Counted from the first letter of the stretch, positions 51,898 through 64,000 are shown. The stretch: DNA of 64,000 nt from Rhina ancylostomus (GCA_030265395.1 JARFYF010000063.1:60414355-60478354); one strand, 5' to 3'. Numbers and translations are program-made. The notes: generated by a model from the letters alone, not told the origin.

Positions 51898-52419
51898 TAA
51901 AGTTTTTCTATTAATTGTGGGAAAGGGGAGGAAACCTGATGCAGGCACAGCTGACCCCATTAAAACCCCATTAAAATGAATGGGGGATAATGCCTTCAAG
52001 GAGAAAAGCGAAAGGGAGATATTTTTATTATTTGAGTTTCAGTGTTCTATCTTGGTTTTTATTTTGAGTAGGTCCAAAAGCAACAATTTGCTTTCTTTCA
52101 GATCCGAAGTGTTACTGAGTGTTTGAAAGTCAAAGACATACAAAAACATACAATGAACCCAATAACCATGACAGCTATAGGGACTGGGGCGGGGCTTCAC
52201 CAGCTGTCAAAACAGTTCTGCAAGTGCATCTGGCTGTCTGCACTGAGAGAGCCCTGACACTGCATTCTGCCACACTGAAATGCTCACACCTGGCCTCCCA
52301 GTGAAACACTATGCTCAGATCCACACTAGAAAAAACAACTGTAAGACTTTACCCTTCAATTTGCAAACTGCACTATCTGTCTGTTTTAACATCACAGTAT
52401 GACACCACTTTCAAATGGA

Positions 52420-52669
52420 AGTTGAGTTGACCATATTGTCTGTGCATCTGAAGTTGCATATCAGCCAGACCTGGTAAAGAATAATATCAGTGATAGATTT
52501 TATTACAATCCAGTGGATTCCTCATTACCAAACCAACATTTAAAAAAACTTTTATTAACTGACTTTCAATTCCACAGCTGCCAAGATTGGATTCAAACTG
52601 ATGTTGCCAGATTAGTCATCCAGGCCTCTTGGTTACTAGCCTTAGTGCTGACTGAACTGTTGCACCACC
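52420..52669 (-). mobile_element. Meta-domain-like SINE, 5' portion
   Basis: 'gagttgaccatattgtctgtgcatctgaagttgcatatcagccagacctggtaaaga' core; tRNA-like head on minus 'ggtggtgcaacagttcagtcagcactaaggctagtaaccaagaggcctgg'. Confidence 0.65.
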
Positions 52670-52779
52670 CTTTTACCATCAAATTTCATGGCATCAGATC
52701 ATGCATGGGCAATGAAACTCCCAATTACCCTTAACATCTTCCTTTAGCTGATGAATCGCTACTCCTCTATCTTGAGCAA

Positions 52780-53495
52780 CACTTGGAATTCGGACAAATT
52801 GGATTGAAAAGTATTGATGTTCAGAGAGATTTGGGTGTCTTTATGCACAAGTCACTCAAATTTAGCATATGTACAGCAAGTAATTAGGATGGCAAACAAT
52901 AAGTTGGCCTTTGCAGCAAAAGGATTTGAGTATGGTTGTGAAGTCATTTTACAGTAATAGTGGAGTGTCCTGGTCAGGCTGCACCTGGAACACCATGTAC
53001 AGATCTGGGCTCCTGACCTAAAGGAGGATATATACTTGGATTGAGAGAATACAACAACTCACCACATTAATTCCTGGAATGCGAGGGAGTAACATCCCTG
53101 AGGACAGATTACGCAGGCAGGCCAAAATGCTCAAGAATTTAGAAGAATGAGTGGTAACTTTATTAAAACATACAAAATGTTTATAGGGTTTTACAGCATT
53201 GATGCAGAAATTATATTTCCCCTATGGTGTCCTGAAGCAGGGTGACAGTCTCGAAACAAGATGTTTAACATCAGATCTGGGATAAAATGAAATTTCTTCA
53301 CCCAGAGAATCACAGATCTTTGGCGTTCTCCACCCAAGGCAGCTGTGGAAGCCCAGCAGATGACTATTTTCAAAACAGAGATCATTAGATTTTTGGAAAA
53401 TAAGACCATTAAGGGATATGGAGTTTGTGCAAAAAGTAGAAAAGGTTAAAACATCAGCCATGATCTCACTGAACGACTGAAGATGTAGAGAGGTG
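52780..53495 (+). mobile_element. CR1 LINE 3' fragment
   Basis: VQRDLGVFMHKSLK; LVRLHLEHHVQIWAP.L.ED; 'aaatttcttcacccagagaatc'; 'atcagccatgatctcactgaa'. Confidence 0.85.
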
Positions 53496-53654
53496 GGGAT
53501 GGCAATCACCAAGAGTGGCTTAGTAACACCATCTCTGATAATGCCAGCTGAATCCCAAAGTACACAGATGACAAAACAGGTCTGCAGCTGGTAGCAAGTG
53601 AACCAACTCCATGGATAAATCTATTTGACCACCTCATTACCAATCCAGCAGTTG

Positions 53655-53746
53655 GAAGGGTCCTGACCCGAAATGCTGACCGCCTGCTTTTCTCCATAGA
53701 TGCTGCTTGGCCTGCTGAGTTCCTCCAGCATCATAGTGTTTTTCAT
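53655..53746 (+). mobile_element. Penelope-like terminal repeat lacking the CTGATGA box
   Basis: 'gaagggtcctgacccGAAAtgctgac' (stem II gggtc/gaccc intact; GAAA at 53670-53673) and tail 'ctccatagatgctgcttggcctgctgagttcctccagca'. Confidence 0.8.
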
Positions 53747-53759
53747 CAGTTGCATATAC

Positions 53760-55955
53760 AGCTGTCCAGGACAGAGCAGATAGAAGTGACCACTATACTC
53801 TTCTTGCTGTGCCTCATCCTTACAATGGGGGAAGCATCCATCATGCACGCAAATTGGATGGACACACGACAGATCTGGCAGCTCAAGATTGTGACTCCAT
53901 AAGATGCTATGGAGCAGCAACAGGAGCAAAAGCCTACACCACTACAGTCCTTAGCCACATGGGTCAGCATGTCCCATCATCACATTCAAGCCTGGAGAAC
54001 AACCTTGACAACCCTGATTCTATGAGCAGAAGGGAATACCAAAAAATGAGTCGCCAACCTGGTGAAAATGCAAGACAGGGTGATATGTGCTAAACAGCAA
54101 AAGCAAACTGCAATAGCTTTAAGCAATCCCACAATCAATTGTTAAGATCAAAGTTCTGCAGTCCTGCCACATCTTGTCATGAATGTTGGTGGAGATTAAA
54201 TGGCTGGTGAGGAGGTAGCTCCAAAATCATCCTCACCCTCAGCGATGGCAAGGCCCAGCATATCTGTGCAAAAGACATCAATGAGCATTTGCAACCAGGT
54301 TCAACCAGATGTGCCCAGTGATGATCTATCTCAGCTATTTACCTAAATTCCCATAATCACAGAAGTCAGTCTTCAGCTAATTTGATTTATTCCATTTGGC
54401 ATCAAGAAATTCTTGATAAGAAGTGGGTGAAAGACAGACTGGTATGCAGAGTTGAGAATGCAATCAGATCAGACATGATCTTACTGAATGGCAGAGGAGG
54501 CTCAAAAGGCCGAGTGGCCTAGTCCCATTCCTAATTCATATGTTTATAAATGGCTGAAAAACATTGCATTTGGCAGATGCCATGGGATCAGACAACATCC
54601 TGGATGGAGTAAAGATGAGCTGCACTTGGGAATTGTACCTCTTGCCAAGCTGTTCCAGTACAGTTATAGCACTGGCATCTAGCCAAAAATGTCAAAAACT
54701 GCACAGTCTTGTTCAAAAAAAAGGATTCATCCAATATTGCTAACTACTACACAGTCTGCTCTCAATCATCAGCAAAGCAATGGAATGTATTATTGACAGG
54801 CACTATCAAGTGAACCTACCAATAAACTGCTTAATTATTCCCAGTTTGTTTTCATCAGGACCACTTGGCTCCAGACCTCATCACAATCTTGATTGAAACA
54901 CAAATCAAACAGCTAAATTCTCGAGGCAAGTTAAAGGACACTGACCCTCACAATATATGACCGAATGTGCAATTAAACAAGCCCAAATAAATCTGAAGTG
55001 CAGTGCATAGGCATGAAGAGGGAAAGAAAAACACTGCAATAATTAGAGTCACAACTCATCAGTTAGAGGGCAAACATTCCATAATATTGCCACAAATGTT
55101 GTTCAGGACAGTGTCCTTGGCCCAACTAGCTTTAGCTCTTTTTTCCCCAATTACCTATTGCACAAAGTTCAATTCCCTATGTAACTCATCAGCAAATGAA
55201 AGAACCAATCCAGCATTCAGCAAAACTTAGACAACATTCAGAATGGGGTGATAAGTTGTACGTAACATTCATGGCACACGAGGTCAAGGCTATGGCCATA
55301 TCCAACTAGGTAGTGTCTAACCACCTATCATTGACATTCAAAGTCATTTTCATCACCAAGCTCCCCACCATCAAAATCCTAGAACTCACCATCAAAAGAA
55401 ACTCAACAGAATGATATCTTGGCTACCAGAGCACATCAGTGACTGGGTACCTGCAGCAAATGAATTATTCCTTGACATCCAAAAACTTTCCAACCTCTAC
55501 AAAGCTCTTGAGCCTGATGGAAGTCTTCCCTTGCCTGGATGAGTGAAATTAAACAGCAATACTCAAGAAGTTTGATATTATCTAGAAGAAACAGCCAGCT
55601 TGACTGACACCCCATCCACAATCCTGCAGAGGAATTCCCTCCACCAGCATGGAATTACATCTGCAGCATGTACCAACTGCAAAAAGCACTGTATTCTCTT
55701 GATTAGGCTGCTTTGACTGCATTTCCCAAATCCATGATTTTTATCACTACAAGGTCAAAGATAGCAGATGCATGGAACTGCAGGTCTCTTTCCTGATTCA
55801 GAATCTATCATTGGGTCTAATTCCTAAAACTTCCTTCCCAACAGCATAAAGGGAGTGTCTTCACCAAAAGACTGCATAGGTTCAAAATGAGCCACCTCAC
55901 TTCTCAGGATAAAGTAGGTATGGGCAATGAATGTCTATCCTGAGAAATAAATAAA
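53760..55955 (+). mobile_element. Family-B (CR1/L2-group) LINE ORF2 and 3' end, with a nested CR1 tail at about 54415-54546
   Basis: SLLSIISKAME near 54753; 'cagtttg...caggaccacttggctccagacctcatcaca' (QF...QDHLAPDLIT); 'ctgatggaagtcttcccttgcctggatgagt'; nested 'agatcagacatgatcttactgaatggcagaggaggctcaaaaggccgagtggcct'. Confidence 0.8.
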
Positions 55956-57434
55956 AAGGATAATTTCTGCTGGGAGTGGATATGTTGAACTTGACCCTTT
56001 ATCGAAAATGTAAAGGGCAGGCAAAATCACTTGAACAACCCCAATCATCTCATCTCACAAGAAGTTCGAGCATCTCTCGTTCGTTCCATCTATGTGCTGA
56101 GTGATTCCACTATTGCCAAAATTAATTATCCCATTTCTATTCTTGATTTTCAACATCAACTGTATTTCATTTCACAATTTATGTACTCAAGTATAACTAC
56201 CCTCAATTTTATTACAAAGATTTAGTTAATTCACAGTAAACAACAGAAAGCAAGGAAAGCGGACTTTTATTAAAATACTTCCTCAGTCTCATGCAAGTTA
56301 CTTCAGAGAGATCATCAATAAGCTGACAAGTAATGAACCTGTGTGTGAATTGAAGACTTCATATAAAATCAAAGCATGGCATTACCCGTGCATCTGCTAC
56401 AGGTCAAAGCAATCAGGCAATCTGAGGTGACAAAGCACAAATGTGCAGAAGTGCTCTCCCTATTGAGAAACTGCTCAGGTGAGAAGACAATGAAGAAACA
56501 TTGTACCCATTTCTTCATTCTCCCTGGGGTCCCAAATCATGAACAAGTGCAAGTCAGGTCTCATTCAGCAATACCTTGCCACCTCTTCCATTAATGCTGC
56601 TTCCACCAACTTGCTCAGAACATCACAGGGACCAAAAACACATCAATGGCATTTTCCATTGTCTGCTTTTTTGTGTTTCCAGTAGCTGCAGTTTTATTTG
56701 CTCCAACTATCATATGCACTATATCTGAAGAAACCGCCATAATAAAACTGCTCTTTCTATACCTAATTATACTGTGATACTATAACAATATCAGGTGAAC
56801 AAAATTTGTTTTAGTCTTTAACCAAGTAGGACTGAAAATAAGTTTAGAAGGGCAAAAGGAATTCCAAAGATATTCTCAAATCCTAACTGCAGGGAAAAAA
56901 ACTGCAACTTCAAATTGTTGGAAACCATATAAGAAGCATTACTGGCATGTACATGAAACATTAATATATTTGTTGTTTAACACTGTAAATAAATTATACA
57001 AACATAAAAAGATCTTCCTCCATTAATAATTAATTTAACAGCATCCTTAATGGGGTAGAGGGGAAATTTGATTTAGATTTTAACTTTTCTGCCACTGTCT
57101 AAATTTAGCCAAAAAAATACATACAATTACAAAGCCATCAATACCCTTTAGTGATTTAAATTTTTCCACTGAAGTTAACACACACAGGATCATTTATCTA
57201 AACATTGCAGACTTTTTGTAGCTAAAGACAATCCCAATAGCAGGTGGTTTAAACTGAGGCTATAAAATTAACACCACAAAAGTAGACAGCAAGTACAAAG
57301 TTTAGATTAACCTTTATTTTGATATATCCCAACAATAACAACACATTCGTTCAGCATATTTGATGAATTCAAATGTTAACAGGTGTACTATCAAACAAAT
57401 GTGAGCCTTATGAAAAAGCAGTCAAACCTTTGGT

Positions 57435-57570
57435 CAACAGGGTGCCTCAAGCAGAATCTTCACAGAAGAACTAGTAAGATTGAGATAAGGAAGGGAATTC
57501 CAAATACTGGGACCAAGGCACCTGAATGCTTGGCTACCAATGATGGAGGGATGTTAAAGGGTTTAAGACG
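57435..57570 (-). mobile_element. L2-type LINE fragment
   Basis: 'aggaagggaattccaaatactgggaccaaggcacctgaatgcttggctaccaatgatggag', homologous to 33950-34000. Confidence 0.55.
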
Positions 57571-58584
57571 TCAGTAGGTGACAGAGATGCAAGCATGCAT
57601 GCAATACTTGTATAATTTTTGCCCTATGATCAATGCAGAGATAGACAACTTTAATTTTTCAGACTTACACTTCTGGTTGCTCTCTGGTGCTGCCACTGAG
57701 GATGGTGCAATATGCAGCCTGAATCCTAATTATGCTTCAAAAAACCAAAGGAAAACTTGAGGCAAGTTAGTGAAGTTAATAATGGGTTCTGGCCTGAGCA
57801 TCAATCTCCCAATGCCTCAAGACCTTCAATGCCTCAAGAACATCATTTATGGCCTAATAATGGAACTTGCACAACTGAACAAAGTTGTTACAGTTCCTAG
57901 CTGTTTTCAGAACCTGTTGAAGGCAAACATACTACATTTAACAATGCAAGGGGCCAGTTTCAATAAAAAGTCCTCCAATTGTGAGTATTATTTAATCATC
58001 CTTTACTCTCCAATGGCCAACAACCATCACATCATTCATTCAAAAATCATGAACAATGGTCAGTGAAAATCCCTAATGACAGCAAAGTGCCTTAGTACAG
58101 TGTAAAAGCCATTCTAACCACCCATTACCACATAAAATAGCATAAGCAGCAAGATAAAAGTACAGTTGTAATCATAGGACACAGCCCAAGGGTAAAAGAC
58201 TCGAGCAGGCCAAAGGAATATTTCTTTCCAGACCCTTTCATCTGTCCCATAGATCATTAATAGTAGTACAGCGCATAGTTTTCCTCTGTAATCTTCCGCT
58301 CAAGGCACTTTCCAGTAAATTGATTCTGCAGATTTTGAGCAGAAAATATTGCCAACAAAACCACAAAAAAACTAGTTTGCTATAAATTAAATTAATACCC
58401 ATTTAGGCCATAAATAGCTACATAATTAAATAACTAGGTCAAGCAAATAAGAAGCAAACTTACCAATAAATAATCATTCACCTTAAGTGATTCATCAACA
58501 ATACACAAATTTCCTGAAATTGACTGGGGTTCTGGAGACATTAATAAAAGTAGCAGCAATTTCCTCCAAAGATTCAAAACTAAA

Positions 58585-58748
58585 ATATCCTCAGATGCTG
58601 GAAATCTGAAATACAAACAGAAAGCGCTGGGAATACTCAGCAGGGATTAATGCAGCAGAAATGCTGAAGCATCACTGGCCTAGAACATTAACATGATTTC
58701 TTTGTACTGCCAAGACCTACTGAGTATTTCCAGAACTTTGTTTTTACC
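58585..58748. mobile_element. Inverted pair of Penelope-like tails
   Basis: 'gctgggaatactcagcagg' (about 58625-58643) is the near reverse complement of 'cctactgagtatttccaga' (about 58716-58734); 'cagatgctggaaatctgaaatacaaacag' is the tail on minus. Confidence 0.7.
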
Positions 58749-58955
58749 TGCCAAAGACTCAAATGGCCTGCCCGGCTGTATACAGATCACAAGTATTTTA
58801 GATTGATACTTAATGCAAAGTTAGTCGCCCTCAATTGGCCCAATGACTAGACAGCACAACTGAGCTCAACACCACTGGACTGAGAAAGTAAAAATTAGGG
58901 AGTCTGTAGACATTCCTGATAAAAAGTCTGTACATCTATATCTGTCAACGATGGT

Positions 58956-60415
58956 AATGTAAAAGAAGCTGTCTTGTGAGTACTAAATGCAGTTGGCCAG
59001 GTTGGAAGAAGTGCAGGGAACCCTTCTGTCCAACTTGTAAGGACTGTTTAGATCCCTGGAAGGTGGGGAGGGAGGACAAGAAGGNNNNNNNNNNNNNNNN
59101 NNNNNNNNNNNNNNNNNNNNNNNNNNNNNNNNNNNNNNNNNNNNNNNNNNNNNNNNNNNNNNNNNNNNNNNNNNNNNNNNNNNNCTGGAAGGTGGGGAGG
59201 GAGGACATGAAGGGACAGGTGTTACACTTCATACGGTTGCAAGGGAAAGTGCCAGGGGTCAGGGGTCAGGGTGGGGGGGTGGTGGTTTGCAGGCAGGGTT
59301 GGATGAAAAGGTTAGGGATTCCTGAAAAGACCTGTTCTTGCAGAAAGGTGGCAGGGGGTGGGGTGGGGAGTGGTGGAACGTGGGGAATTTGAGTTGGAGG
59401 AAATGATGGAAGATCGTATGTTGGATGTGGGGCTGGTGGGGTGAAAGGTGAGGACCAGAGGAACTCTATCACTGTTCTGTCTGAGGATGGAGGGATGAGA
59501 CCAAGCAGAGACAAAGCAACTGTCTTGTGCAGCACCTGCGCCCTGTCTGCAACAGCCATCTCGAGCTTCCGGTTACATGTCATTCTAACTCTTCCTCCCA
59601 CTCCCACACCAACCTGTCTGCTCTCAGCTTTCTCCGTTGCTAATAGAGAGGCCAAATGCAAATTGGAAAAACATTTCATATTCACTTGTGGTTGTTAACA
59701 ACCCAATGGTATGAACACTAAATTCTCCCATTTCAGGCAACCCAAACTCTGAGAGCTCTCCTCCCACACACACTCACCTGTCCAACCTTGTTTTCTTTTC
59801 CCTTTGGTCATCCCTCCCATCACTTCCTCCACCTGATTTCATCTAACATCCCCCCTCCATCTGTTTCTACCTATTGCCTACCAGTCTCTATCCTACCGCA
59901 TCCAACCCCACCACCTCCATAATATTATACAGGCAGTTCCCGGGAAACAAATGGCTTCCTTTTTGTTTACAGAATCCTAAAGTCAATTAAGTCCACAAGT
60001 CAGAAAATACACATAAATCACTCAATATAGTAACCATACCTCCATATTATTGTAAGGATGGCATATAAAAAAAACACACAACCAATAAAAAAGATCAATT
60101 GCTAAAAGTGGAGAGAGAGGAAACTAGATCTGCCATTTATAGGAATGAACACATGCATGTATGCTGGACTTTTGAATTTAGTAAAATTTTGTGAGCTCGT
60201 GTGTACGTATGGGTGCCTACAAGTTGGACGTTAGTAACCTGGGGACAGACGCACACTGGCAGCTTTGCCTCTTCCCTCTCAGCACTGATGCAGGGTCTCA
60301 ACTGAAACATACACTTACACCTCTTATGTCCACAGATGCTGTCAGACTTACTGAGTTCTCCCAGCATTCTGTTTTTTGTTACAGATTCCAGTATCTGCAG
60401 TCTCTTTTGTCTTTG
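58956..60415 (+). mobile_element. Penelope-like element with inverted 5' part (58956-59495 minus), endonuclease C-terminus (59496-59740 plus), UTR, nested MITE and hammerhead-type terminus
   Basis: Minus: DRVPLVLTFHP...PGTFPCNRMKCNTCPFMSSLPTFQGSKQSLQV...FYI; plus: ETKQRQSNCLVQHLRPVCNSHLELPVTCHSNS...EAKCKLEKHFIF..QPNGMNTKFS; CTGATGC (60285)-agggtctcaact-GAAA (60304). Confidence 0.9.
59930..60251. mobile_element. Tigger-like MITE nested in the Penelope UTR
   Basis: Left end ta-CAGGCAGTTCCCGGGAAAC; right end GTAACCTGGGGACAGACG; degenerate inverted match, AT-rich interior. Confidence 0.55.
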
Positions 60416-61204
60416 TTCATAGACTTGTTTCTTACTCATGGCCATTATTCATATCATATCACTTAATGATGCAGCATAATATTAAACCACAAAATAATTC
60501 ACAAATCAATACAATGTTGTCAAATCCTGGTGACAGGACCATCAAATCAGGGACATGAACCAATTTTACCCTCCGTTATCCAAGTATAAATAAGAACTGA
60601 AGCCAGCAACTTTCAGGTCTATGTGGCTTGGCTACTCACCGAATAAGACTGCCATTAGGTTAGGCAGAGACTCAACGACTTTCAATAATGATGAATGACT
60701 GGGCACCTCAGTCTATTGACTGAATTGGATTCCTGGTGGAGCATTAAGGCTACATGAATTTGGANNNNNNNNNNNNNNNNNNNNNNNNNNNNNNNNNNNN
60801 NNNNNNNNNNNNNNNNNNNNNNNNNNNNNNNNNNNNNNNNNNNNNNNNNNNNNNNNNNNNNNNNTTTGTAGAGAGTGGTATCTCTCCAGTGTTTTGAGAT
60901 GCCTGTTACAGGCAGTCTACATCTCCCAAGCATACATGAGAGCAGGGATCACTGCTGTTGGTGGACCATGTGTTTAGTGCTGTGCTTGAAATCTTTGATT
61001 TTCAAATACTCTTTTTCTCAGATGACGGAAGGCTGCGCTGGGGCAGTGGATATGAATTTTATCATCAGTGTTTGCCTTCACTGAGAGATGGCTGTGGAGA
61101 TTTGGAAAGTTGATTGAGAAATAGCTGCAGAAATGAAGTGTGGAGGACTTTATTCAGTGCCTCTTACCTTCCCATTTGTCAGGGAATAAAACGATAAAAA
61201 TAAA

Positions 61205-61630
61205 TCCTTGCTTTTATGACCTTATGGCTTTCCAAAGCTCCTGACAATACTGAACTGTTCTTTGAAATATTGTCTCCACTGATAATGTAGGAAATATGGC
61301 AGCCAATGAAACACAGCAAGTTCTCACAACCTGATAATGGCCAGATAACCATTAGTAATTAGTGATGCATATTGAACGATAAATAGTGGCCAGGTCACTG
61401 AGGTTAAATCTGTGGCACTTATTCTAAATAGGGCTGCAGGATATTTTACATACACCCAATTGGAAGAGATTGGACCTCATTTTAAAGTCTTGTCTGAACA
61501 ACTGTGCTTCTGACCAACACAACACTCCCTCAGTACTAGATAGTATGTCAGCCTTGATTTTTGTTCTCTGAACTGGGAACTCAGCATATTACCTGACCAA
61601 GAATAAAATGTATTACCAATCTGAGCCATT
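61205..61630 (-). mobile_element. DeuSINE-like element, near full length
   Basis: 'aatgtaggaaatatggcagccaatgaaacacagcaagttctcacaac'; 'cactccctcagtactagatagtatgtcagccttgattt'; head 'taccaatctgagcca'; reverse-complement homolog of 39300-39720. Confidence 0.75.
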
Positions 61631-64000
61631 GCGATAAAAACTGATGCGTTTGGATGACAAAATACCTTCCACTAGCTGGATTTTAACCTTAGTGGTTTCT
61701 TGGTGTGGCATCTTGTTTTGCTCTAAATGGCTCTGATTCCTGTCTTGAGCTTGCTCTGCACAATCTGAACTTGCTGCTTCTTGTCCTGATGCATTTAAAT
61801 CAATCGATATCTTCTGTATCCTATTAATTTTGTTTTATATCATCCATCAGATCCCTGCTTTACTTAATCTTCTCTTGTACCTCAACCTCTTATCCCCACA
61901 AAAGGCATGCCAGTCTGTGGGAAGCACTTGTGCTGCCATGTGTTATAACCAACTCTGAATAAAGAGTCTGTATTTGAGGATGAAGTGATGATACTGCTGT
62001 ATTCTACTTAATTTGAAGCTGTGCCACATCTCTTATGCAAGGAGCTCCATAAGATTTACTACATGCAGGTGCCAATTTCCTAATATAAGTACATATTAAA
62101 CTAATTTTGCCCAAATGTTATTCAAACAGTTTCAATAATGAGGGAGCATAAAACATATAGAGGTAAGTTTATTTGGAAGTGACTAGTGTACAAGGAGAAC
62201 TTTCACTTAGGTGGAATACTTTTCTATTTTGCAGCACTTAAGGTTTAGTGGGGTTTCTTTCACATCTCTTGGATTCAGATTTCCTATATGTGAGGGATTT
62301 GATTAAATGTTCTTTTTCTGTGAGTGTGAGAGATGAAACCTTGTTAAATTTCCCTTGCTGGTTGTACAGACCCAAGGATCTGGATGGGATCAGCTCACAT
62401 TCCAGTGCTGGCTGCAGGTGTGGAAGTGGGTATTATCCACAATTATCACAGCGAACAATTACCCTGATAATGAAGTTTAGTTGGACAATGCCACTTAACT
62501 CTTTTGTTGGCATTTTAAACCCTCTCCACAAATTGTGGCATAATGGAACTCCTGGGAACAACGTGGAGCATTCCAAACAGTGCCTTTCTTTCCATTTCTT
62601 TGTAAATGCGAAGATGACTTTAAAACAAAGTATTGAGATTTAAATGTATTTTTTAGACAAGAAACGCAATTTACCTTCAAAACTTTGAGACTTGATTTTT
62701 TTGTGCTGTGATTTGTTTTTTTAACGGGTAGAAGACTATGGTTGTCAGAGGAATTCACTTGAATTGTGATTTCTCTGTTATAACCTTAATTCTTTTTTGG
62801 AATTGCTTTATTTCCATTGCAGCCCTTGTAGACCAAAAAGTATTTTGCATTCTGAAGCCAATGAAAAGTCTTGTTTCATGCCATCTCCACTGTAACAGTG
62901 TAATTTGGTTCTTCCCATTGCTATGCCTTGAATAGAATGGAATTCATAAAGAAATACTCATTACAGCTGTAGGTAGTATTTGGGCCTGTTAAAGAGACAG
63001 ATTTTACTATGGGTTCAGTGGAGATAATTTTGTCCTGAGTTTTTGGCAACTTGAGCTGACTTTGACCATTATTGCTCAGACCTTTGGTTATCGCATGTTG
63101 GACATATGATGATGTATGTTACTCAGATAAATTCTGGTGCTCTTGGGCACCTCAGTCTATTGACTGAATTGGATTCCTGGTGGAGCATTAAGGCTACATG
63201 AATTTGGATATTATCAAGAGTAGAGTGATTCCGAGCACTAGGTAAACACAGCTTTTGGCATATGTTATGTTTCTAACCTGACTGCGAAAGCTTGGAGGGT
63301 TTGTCAGACTGACATAGCCCATCATAGAAAGTTCAAATCTCTTCTGCTGTTCCCAGCACTTCAAGTGGTGTTGGAAAACAATAAAATGAAAATTCAAACT
63401 TAATCTGGTCTGTGGGGAAGCTGAACCACTTCCCTGCATAACAGCAAATGTGTTTATTTAATTTTGTTTATTTTGTTCTTGGGGCATGAGGGACTTGCTT
63501 GAGATACACAAGGGATCTCAGTCAGGCAAAATTTCAAATTATAATTTGGGCTGATTTGGCTAACCTTAGCCAGAAAACTGGAACCAGTTTCACGGTCTGT
63601 TTTCAAAAAGGCAAACAGGAAATAGTGTGCGAAGTTACTAGCTATTGAGAACAAGTGTAAATGTCAAGTATTCAGATGCAATTCTGGTATTCCCAATCCT
63701 ACCTCCTTTCCCTGTTGGAGAGCCAAGTCAAAACTACATATTTTAAATGACCACCTGGAAAAGTCAATGGATAGTTTTTTTGGAAAGAGGCATGAATGGA
63801 TGAAATAGGCAAATAACAAAAGACATTTCAGACAAAAATGCACACACTTTCCCAATATAAGTGAACTTCAACCACATTCAAAGCAACAGAAATGGCTTCA
63901 GAGACTGTGGTGTCCGGTAAAAAAATATTTCATACTGACATCAAAAGCCATTCACTAAATGATCCTGAAAATGAGTCATGGAGAGTCGTAAAGTTACACA

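Overview
Vertebrate genomic DNA: AT-rich, CpG-depleted, with many N gaps. The repeats I recognise (CR1, L2, RTE and Rex1/Babar LINEs; V-, Deu- and Meta-type SINEs; abundant Penelope-like element ends) point to a cartilaginous fish, probably a batoid (inference). No intact protein-coding ORF is present: the ORF track is noise, gap read-through or decayed retroelement fragments. The window looks like large introns of a minus-strand gene. One clear, CpG-rich 227-nt minus-strand exon (25225-25451) has canonical splice sites, four AUGs across all three frames, a 9-bp hairpin covering its own 3' splice site and a CRE palindrome. It is most likely a conserved 5'UTR/uORF exon. The other main signal is more than a dozen Penelope-like (GIY-YIG) element ends. 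Several carry the minimal hammerhead-ribozyme layout (CTGATGA-stem II-GAAA), several occur as inverted pairs, and one element is inverted precisely inside its GIY-YIG motif. Family names come from motif recognition by eye, not database searches, and boundaries of decayed repeats are approximate.
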